A DNA stretch of 64,000 nt from the human T2T-CHM13v2.0 reference genome, Homo sapiens: the NCBI RefSeq assembly GCF_009914755.1, contig NC_060930.1. The stretch is one strand, 5' to 3'. Made by a program: the position numbers and the translations under genes. A model generated the notes under the pieces. That model had not been told where the DNA came from. It was given only the letters and a program-made list of their open reading frames with translations, and searched no databases. The first letter of the stretch is position 1; each line of letters begins with the position of its first letter. Below are positions 52,346 to 64,000 of this stretch, in pieces.

Positions 52346-55300
52346 TAAGAAGCAGGATTGCTGAAGGAACCAGAGAGATTATCTGGTCCAATCTTATTTC
52401 ACAGATAAGGAAACTGAGACTTCAAACAGGAAATCTCCAAGGCCTCCTTTTAGTTCTTGGCTTCTTTTTATATGTGCATTTTATTTAAGTTCATTTGAAG
52501 AATCTGTTTCCTTTTCTGAACGCTATCTTTCTTCTCTGCAGGATAGCTTTCAGATTCAGGAAAAACAGGAGGCTGAAGAGGATTCAAACCAAAGCTATTT
52601 TAAGTGTAAGAATCTAGGCAGATAAATAAGAACATGTTTTTTAACTTACTTAAATTGTGTGCATCTGCATTTATTTGTTTTCAGATTTTGGATGTTCTGT
52701 GGGTGGTAGCCCAGGATAAAACACACACAGACATTTGCTTTGGGGCTGCACAGCACAAATAGCATTACCACTGCAGAAAGGAATGTAAAAGCAAAAAGCC
52801 AACAATGGGTCAGAATACAGATTTGCAGGCAGTCTAGGCACACGGAAGGTCCATGATTTTCCTCTATCTTTTCCTCCCCTTGGAAGTGAGTCTTCAAAAG
52901 AAGCAAACATCTTATTAGTACTTTTAACTAACTACTGCTCTGTGTCCTGGTTACAGTCATCTACTGCCAAGTTGCTATTTGGACAACAATTAATTATCAG
53001 CTGTCTGGACTAGCTCATCATAAACATATTACAGTGTTTCATCACTCATGTTTTATTTAATTTCACTTGTCATCAAGGTCCTTGATTGGAGCTTTATGAT
53101 TTTTTTTTTTTTTTGAGAGAGGTGATTTTTACTTCTGTTGGAAACTGCCTGTGATTGATCTTATATTTTTCCACAAAGGCATGGATGATCCTCTCTCACC
53201 CAACAACATGGCTAAGGCCTGGTGCTCTCTATGGAAGCTCCAAGCAGGAGCTGGACCATTTATTCTAATCATAATGCTAAAGAAGCTAAATGAGAGACAC
53301 ATGAGGATGTTTGGGTGGTATAATCTGTCTTCAGTTACTAATGACATTTCCAGTGTGGAATTGCTAATAGGAAGGCCTCAGGACCACTTCACAAATTTCA
53401 GATGGGAGAAATTAGTGAGCACCCATGTAGGTTTTGTGAACAAGGAAAATTTAAAACATGAGATAGTTTTCCATGGAGATGTTTGTATCTTGCCCAATGC
53501 TCTGGCAATGATACAGAGCACCCATACTCAACACAAAAAAAAATCTTATGCAAACACTGAAATACACCAAATGATTTTCTCATTACACAGATCACAGGTC
53601 TTCTGGTCAGCCTCATAGTGAGGCCAGTGGAATAACTTGGACCAAGCCCTGAAGCTGACACTCAGGTAAGTGGGGACAGGTGTATGAGAGATCTTCTACT
53701 GAGATATGTGTCAGTCAGCCAAACACACTCACAGCATGTCCCTGGTCCTCTTCTAACATGGACAAGGTGCATGTGAAATACGCTTCCTCCAGAGGGAAAC
53801 CACACTCTCCAATGAATTCCTTGATCATAGCCCGTGGGTTTTGTTCCCAGCCAGAAAGGGTAGATTTTGCCCACTGATTATCCAAAGGGATTGAGAAAAG
53901 AGCTTTCTATTTGAAGATGCTTCTTGTCATATGAGGCTTTTCAGTCCAACTTTAGGGTTTCCTTCTTTGACGAGGGTTGGAGGAAGGTAAGAATTAAACA
54001 ATGGGACAAAAGTCTAAAGTCTGTACATATACCACACGCTTAAAACATGAATTTGCCCAAAGACTTTATATCTATAATTTCCCCCAATCAGGTATTATGC
54101 ACCCATGGCCAGCGTTCTTTGGAGCTGATTCTAACTTTCTAAGAATATTTGAAACAACCCTGTTACTTAGCTCAGGATGATCTGCTTTTGTACATACAAG
54201 AGAAAGAGAGAAGGAACTTGAGCTGCAAAAACAGTTAATAAAACTATGTCTTGTTATGAAAGAAACAGCATAATATTAATAATAACCATGTCTTTCATTA
54301 GTAAACTACTATGTCTTTCATTTGTATAATTTTGTAAATAATAACCCATAAAATACATTATTATATTGATCAGCAAGAGATATCAGTCATTCTAGATGTA
54401 CTCAGCAGCTGTTAGTACTAGGAAAAGGTGGGAAGGTAAAAAAGGTAAGTTAGATATAGCTCTTTCCCTCAGGATATTCAGAGTGTACTTTAGGAGTAGA
54501 TGCATACATGAAATATTGCATAGTAATAAAAGCACTATAAATACTAAAATGACCAAAGGGCTATAGAAACCAGAAAAGGTAGTATAGAGTTTCTATATGA
54601 GTATATAAATGTTCCATATATGTATATTGGAATAACTGCAAAAACTTAGTAAAAAGAACGTCTTTTTTTAATCAAACATTTTCTTTATGTCTATTAAATG
54701 GCTTTGGGCAAGTTCTTTGGATGAGCAATCAATATGAATACAGAAACCAAAGTAGATTATAAGCTTCATGAGGGCAAGAGTAATACAGGCTTATTCATTA
54801 CCATGTGATATGGTTTGGCTGTGTCCCCACCCAAATCTCATTTTGAATTGTAGCTCCCATAATCCCCACATGTCATGGGAGGGACCCAGTGGGAGGTAAT
54901 TAAATCATGGGGATAGGTTTTTCCCATGTTGTTCTCATGATAGTAAATAAGCCTCATGAGATCTGACAGTTTTATAAGGGGCAGTTCCCCTGCACATGCC
55001 CTCTTGCCTGCTGCTAGGTAAGACATGCCTTTGCTCCTCTTTCACCTTCCCCTATGATTGTGAGGCCTCCCCAGCCATGTGAACTGTGAATCCATTAAAC
55101 CTCTTTTTCTTTATAAATTACCCAGTCTTGGGTATGTCTTTATTAGTAGTATGAGAACAGACTAATATAGTAAATTGGTACCAGTACAGTGGGGTGCTGC
55201 TATAAGGATACCCAAAAATGGAACTGGGTAAAAGGCAGAGGTTGTAACAGTTTGGAAGGCTCAGAAGAAGACAGAAAGATGTGGGAAAGTTTGGAGCTTC

Positions 55301-55546
55301 CTAGAGACTTGCTGATTAGTTTTGACCAAAAAGTCCAGGCTTAGGTGGTCTCAGATGGAGAGTTAATTGGGAACTGGAGCAAAGGTGATTCTTGTTATGC
55401 TTTAGCAAAAAGAGTGGCAGCATTTTGCCCCTGCCCTAGAGAACTGTGGAACTTTGAACTTGAGAGATGATTTAGGGTATCTGGAGAAAGAAATTTCTAA
55501 GCACCAAAGCATTCAAGAGGTGACTTGGGTTGTTAAAAGCATTCAG

Positions 55547-57429
<1,883 letters not shown>

Positions 57430-59884
57430 GGAGCAAAGCCTAAAAGTTCAGAAAATTTGCATCCTGATTATGTGATAGAAAAGAAAAACTCATTTTCTGA
57501 GGAAAAATTCAAGCCAGCTGTAGACATTTGCATAAGTAACAAGGAGCCAAATGTTAATCACCAAGACAATGGGGAAAATGTCTCCAGGGCATGTAAGAGG
57601 TCTTCACAGCAGCCCCTCCCATCACAAGCCAGGAAGCCTAGGAGGAAAAAATGGTTTCATGGGCCGGGCCCAGGGCCTTGCTGTTTTTGGAGTCTCAGGA
57701 CTTGGCTCTTTGAGTCCCAGCCATGGCTAAAAGGGGCCAATGTACAGCTCAGCTTGTTGTTTCAGAGGTTGCAAGCCCCAAGCCTTGGCTACTTACACAT
57801 GGTGTTGGGCCTGTGGGTGCACAGAAGTCAAGAATTGAGGTTTGGGAACCTCCACCTAGATTTCAGAGGATGTATAGAAAGTTCTGTATGTCCAGACAGA
57901 GGTGTGCTTCAGGGGCTGAGCCCTCGAGGAGAACCTCTGCTAGGGCAATACAGAAGGGAAATGTGGGGTCAGAGCCCCTACACAGATTCCCCACTTTGGC
58001 ACTGCCTAGTGGAGCTGTGAGAAGAGGGCCACCATCCTCCAGGTGCCAGAATGTTAGATCCACCAACAGCTTGCACTGTGTGCCTGGAAAAGTCACAGAT
58101 ACTCAACCAGCCTGTGAAAGCAGCCAGGAGTGGGACTGTACCCTGCAAAGCCACAGGGCAGAGCTGCCCAAGACCATGCGAACCCATGTCTTGCATCAAC
58201 ATGACCTGGAAGTGAGACATACGGTCAAAGAGATTATTTTGGAGCTTTAAGATTTGACTGCCCTCAATGGATTTCAGACTTGCATGGGACCTGTAGCCCC
58301 TTTTTTTTTGGCCAATTTCTCCCATTTGGAATAGGAACCTTTGCCCAATGCCTTTAGCCTCATTGTATCTTGGAAGTAACTAATTTGCTTTTGATTTTCC
58401 AGACTCATAGGCCAAAGGGACATGACTTGTCTCAGATGAGACTTTGGACTGTGGATATTTGAGTTAATGCTGAAATGAGTTAAGACTTTAGGGGACTGTT
58501 GGGAAGGCATGATGGTTTTGAAATGTGAGGACATGAGACATGGGAGGGGCCAGGGGCAGAATGATATGGTTTGATTGTATCCCCACCCAAATCTCATCTT
58601 GAATTGTAGCTCCCATAATCCCCATGTGTCAAGGGAGGTACCTGATGCCAGGTAATTGAATCATGGGGGTAGGTTTTTCCCATGCTGTTCTCATGATAGT
58701 GAATAAGGCTCATGAGATCTGATGGTTTCAGAAAGGGCAGTTCCCCTACACATGCCCTCTTGCCTGCTGCCATGTAAGACATGACTTTGCTCCTCCTTCA
58801 CCTTCTGCTATGATTGTGAGGCCTCCCCAGCCACGTGGAAATGTGAGTCCATTAAAACTTTTCTTTATAAGTTACCCAGTCTTGGGTATGTCTTTATTAG
58901 CAGCACGAGAACAGATTAATATACCAATTTCTACCTGTCACAGCACTGAAAAAAATAATGCTAACATAAAATAATTTCAAGTGAAATCACCTAAGAGGAG
59001 GGGAAGGTATGGGGTACAGAAGAAACTGGAAGAGAGACCCCAAAAGACTATGGGGGTGGTCTTGCAGTCATGAGATGCACTGCCTTATTAGATGCACTTC
59101 CAAGGATGGGAGGGAGAGGGCTTAGGCACATGGTGAAGGCTCTGCGTGGAGGAAGAATGGAGGTTGGTCCTGGGTCTAGCAGATGAAGTTAGATTCCTCT
59201 TGGCCCCTCGTCCTAGCCCAGACTTCTAGGGGCTCAAGTAGACACATTATGTTCTTAAGATGGAGGGAAATGGCATCAAGAAGGGAAGTCAGGTCCCAAA
59301 TAAGGAGAAAAGGATGTTGAATGCATCCACAGAAAAGCCTCCTAAGAAGGAACCAGAGCAAGAGCCCACTGGTGGGGCATTCCACAGGGCAGCTCTGGCT
59401 GTGGGAATTGAGGGGTCCACCAGAAGCTGGTGAAGATGTGGCAGAAGAGGGGTGGCTATAGGGCTTTGGCTGGAGATTATGCATCACTCAGATGCGATGC
59501 TGGAGGGAGAGAACTGGCCTGAGTGGAGGAGGACAGCTGGAAATGGAGGCTTGAGGGGAGCCAATCAATGCAGGGTTCCAGGGGTGGGAAGCTGCTTTGA
59601 TAATTGGCTCCTGTCAATCCCGGGTAGGAAAAGCAAGCTGCTGCCAGTCAAGTCCCAGCTCCTAGAAGTCCAGGAAATTGGGCCTTGTCTCCCATAAAGT
59701 ACTGAACTTTTCTCCAGTAAATTTCCTTGAGGAATGAGGTAGCAGAGTGGGCAAGGTGATACACAGCCAGACTTTGAGTCTGTGTCCCTTGGTTATCATT
59801 ATCCTTGATGAGACTAACTGGGCTTTAACACGAATTCTGGGAAGCCATACATTTTGGCATTAGAGAGTCAAAGGAACAAATCAT

Positions 59885-59985
59885 TAGGGAAGTTTTTTAA
59901 CCTGAGATTCTTAGCCCCATCTAGAAAATAGGGATGATAAAGTCTACCTCTTAGGATTCTTGTGAGAATCAAATAATACACAATA
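59885..59985 (+). mobile_element. MIR fragment
   Basis: ccccatctagaaaatagggatgataaagtctacctcttaggattcttgtgagaatcaaat. Confidence 0.7.
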
Positions 59986-60314
59986 TACCTGGATTTAACT
60001 CAGTGTTAAACCCACAGAGGTTCTCGCACTTTGGGTCTCAGGACACTTTTATACACCTAAGTACTTTGAGGACACCAAACATTTACAATTTCACAAATCT
60101 CTTTTATGTCTGCCTAAGTAGAAGAAAGCTGGATTCTTATATTTGCCTCTGCATTCAATCTGTTGCATTACGGTTTTTTGTTGTTGTTGAAGGAAGCAAA
60201 AAAAAAATCCAAATTCACAGAGATATGTAGCTGGAAAAGGGCTGAGTATTTTTAATAGCCATTTGGCAATTGAGAATACTCTTCTTTTATACCACACCAA
60301 AATTTGATGAGGCT

Positions 60315-61030
<716 letters not shown>

Positions 61031-61844
61031 GAAGGGTTTCTTTAAATGATGGTTACACTGTGAAATTGAAAATCATATTAATGAACTCAAGTCTGTTGCG
61101 TCAAAATCCATTGGTCTATTTGCACTTTGAATAAATATTTTTTACCCATGCCTGGTTTTATAACATCATGCATTGGTCATTAAGAAAATACTGGTTCATT
61201 AAAGTATGCGGATCTTCCAAATGTTGATACATTTCTTTACACAATATTTTTCAAAATCACATTTGCTAATATCATCACTGATTTCTTCAGAAAAGTTTTT
61301 AAGTATTAGGAGATTTCTAGATCACAATGTCGGATATGAGTTTTCCAAAATCTTAACTTTCATTGAAAGCTAAAACTTTATCTTTAGCAGCAAATATGGT
61401 TAAGATGTCCTTCAAACAAGAAGGCCATTTCATTTATTTTCAAGAAAATGTCTGCCAAGCACACAAGTCCAAATAACCATATTTTTCTGTCACTCAATAT
61501 TTCAAGTAAAAAGAAAATAGTGTCCCAGAAAAAAGGTTGTGAGTTCAGCTTACAACTCAATCACCAAGTGCTTCTCCTCAAGGCAACCATCATACTTGAA
61601 GATACAGCAGAAATACTTTATGTGTATACTTCTTATCACACAGAATATTAAAAAGATGTATGATCAACGGATGAGATTTAGTAAATTAACACACTAATTG
61701 CTTCACAAGAACATTCTTAGGTAAAGCTAGAATTTTGTCTTATTATGACTGTGTGGTGGTGGAGAATACAGTGATTAAGCATGAATTTTGCCCTCAGCTA
61801 TTCCCACAAATCACTAGAGTGAGCCCAAAATGAAAAGCCTGTGC

Positions 61845-62012
61845 TCCAGAAAGTGACATGAACAGACTATTAGGGTGATGGATGTGTTCATTATCTTGAC
61901 TGTAGGGATGGTTTTAGGGATATATATGTATATCAAAACTTATTGAATTGTGCACTATAAATCCATTTAGCTTACTGTGTGCCAATTTTACCTCAATAAA
62001 GCTGTTTAAAGA
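61845..62012 (+). mobile_element. Old L1ME 3' end
   Basis: gggtgatggatgtgttcattatcttgactgt...ttttacctcaataaagctgttt. Confidence 0.7.
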
Positions 62013-62081
62013 ATGAGTGAAGTTAATTAGAATAGTAGCCATTTAATCTACAAGGAAAGTCATACTTCACCGAGTGGTATG

Positions 62082-62606
62082 TGCTGGATATAAAATGCTT
62101 TAGGAATAAATGCTCGGTGCCATGAAGTGAAACCAGCACTCAGGCAAAAGATTAATTCTTTCAGCAAGGCAACTTACTTCTGCAGAAGGGTGCTACCTGT
62201 GTCAATCAAGATTGCAAGAGCACACCAAACAAAGAAGACCAGGGGGTTTTTATCCTTAACGCAGTCCCTACTTCTGTGCCACTCCCCCATGGGCTGGGGT
62301 CAGACTGAACAATCTGAGCTGACACGATTGGCTACTTATACATATTTTTCTAAATATAGAAGGGGAGGGGGACGTGAAGTACAAAGGTGGAGCGTGTGAG
62401 ATGTGCAGTTTCAGGGGAACAATGGGTACAGGTAACCAAGGGAACAGATGTGAGTTATTGATTAGTGCTGAAGGGAAAGGGGTAGGCTGTTTTTTAGTAA
62501 CTAGGGGCAGGAAGGAACAGGAAAGCTGAGTTTGAGAACAAAAGACAAGGAAGTTAGCAGGCTAAATCTTTGAAGAAAAACTCAGAGAAATTCATTGTAT
62601 CTTACA
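62082..62606 (-). mobile_element. LTR10B-like 3' LTR of a HERV-I/HERVIP10 provirus
   Basis: aataaatgctcggtgcc...cagcaaggcaacttacttctgcagaagggtgc resembles LTR10. On the minus strand the PPT AAAAGGGAGGAAT directly precedes TGTAAG at 62606. Confidence 0.8.
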
Positions 62607-62639
62607 ATTCCTCCCTTTTAAATTTTCTTATGATTCTTT

Positions 62640-64000
62640 CTCTTCAAACTTTTTTTTAACATGTCTTGGCTTTGCTGTTCGATTTGATCTTCTCAAAAGA
62701 AATGCTTACTTGAATAAGGTGTAGCAGAACTAAGGGAGGCTCTAGTAAGTGCTGTTTGTACAATCCTTTGTATTAGCACACGGATGCATGGTATGACACA
62801 ACACCTAACAAGAATGAGTACACCTATTACGATTGCAAGAGAAATAAGAATTGAGGCTATGATTCCTTTTCATTTACCAAACCACTTTCCTAGCCATCCT
62901 GGAATAGGGTCATTGATTCCAGAATTTTTAGCTAATTAATTGGATAAAGCGATAAGTCCTTGTAAAGCCTTTGTTATGCTCCCTTCGCACACAGTGTTGT
63001 TTGGGATGAAGGTACAACATTGGGTTTTAATCACCACACAAACTCCACCTTTTTCGGCTAACGACATGTCCAGAACTATTCTGTTTTCCCAAGCCATTTG
63101 GCTAGGAGGCCCTAATTGGTCAGCTACTACTTTGATAGCATCCCTAGCATAATTAATAAACCACTGCTGATTATAATAGATGTAATTTATCCAAGCTACA
63201 TTTTTAGTAATAGTTACCCATGGAAATACGGATTCAAATCCTGCAGCTATTTGGTCACGGGCTTTGAACATGTCAGGCACTCCTTGTGAGACTCCAATGG
63301 CATCTATGTACATTTGAGAGTCAAAAGACCCATAAAGGGCTTCTCTTATTTTTCAGTGTTGTGGTTTTTCTTTTTCTGGTTGATGAACTGCCAGGGTGAA
63401 AGGGACAGCCAACTGGACAAGAGCACAAGTGCCACTCCGGTTACTTGGCAGAGTGTCTAATAAGGGTCCACTGTAATACCTCCATCCATCCGTTCGAGGA
63501 TGACTAAGGGCAGACTGATGGGTAAGCTCTTGGAAGGGCTTAAGCTCACTGCATCCCGTTAAGCTTCCAAGGAACACCAAATTCTCCCCCTGTCCTGAGA
63601 GACATGAGGTGAAATTGACGTTGGGAGATAGAAGCTGAGTGGTGCTCAGAGGCTGACCCGCAGGGTGTTGGACTTTGGGATACAGCAGAGAGACAGCTTG
63701 GCATGATTTGTTGCCTCAGGCTGTGGAATCCTGGAAAAGAGCTACCATACAGCCCATGCCTGTTTATTGAAGGACCATCCTAGTGGAAAGGGGACAATCT
63801 GGGCCTCTGGTCTGCCATGTGCACAAGCATAACAATTTCTTTTGTTTAACGTGCGGACTGAATATTGAATCCATTCCAACCGGGCATTAACATCTTGATA
63901 TCCTGTTTCAATTGCTAGGGTTTGTCTTCAATCTTTTACTTCTACAATATTTATGTTGGCATTGTTGTTAGGTAGGGTAGAAGGTTCTGATGGAGAAGGA
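62640..64000 (-). pseudogene. env: HERV-I/HERVIP10-type envelope (SU end and TM), disrupted; runs off the window
   Basis: YIDAIGV..GVP..FKARDQIAAGFES, ISD-like ENRIVLDMSLAEKGGVC and CX6CC (CVVIKTQCC). Stops and frameshifts present. Confidence 0.9.

Noticed and set aside
53151-53618. 155-aa ORF in unique sequence
   Set aside because: It has a GTG start, no recognisable domain and crosses an A-run. Chance is the likely explanation.
59000-59700. G-rich segment with CTCF-like ccactggtggggca
   Set aside because: The match to the CTCF core is poor. It may be an old LTR that I cannot assign.

Overview
Repeat-dense, AT-rich primate genomic DNA, human-like and most likely catarrhine given the AluY, L1PA3/4-type L1 and HERV-W. 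It looks intergenic or intronic. I recognise no host protein-coding gene, RNA gene or CRISPR array, and the long ORFs in the track come from L1, THE1-int, HERV-W or HERV-I. The main elements are: a full-length but dead L1PA6/7-type LINE nested in an L1MA; a HERV-W (HERV17/LTR17) processed pseudogene with poly(A) and a 17-bp TSD; a two-LTR THE1C element split by an L1PA3/4; the 3' LTR and env of a HERV-I/HERVIP10-type provirus; and many Alu, MIR, L2, CR1, MaLR and DNA-transposon fossils. The most notable structures are mechanistic scars: an L1 3' transduction carrying Tigger1 DNA, a complex junction with a fold-back hairpin, a 52-bp inverted copy and a ~360-bp direct duplication, a 62-bp inverted repeat at an L1 5' junction, a twin-primed mini-L1 and a short templated insertion. 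There are also candidate non-coding exons and enhancer or DUX4 motifs. I found no convincing new biological system. Subfamily calls come from remembered consensus features, not from a RepeatMasker run, and many boundaries are approximate.
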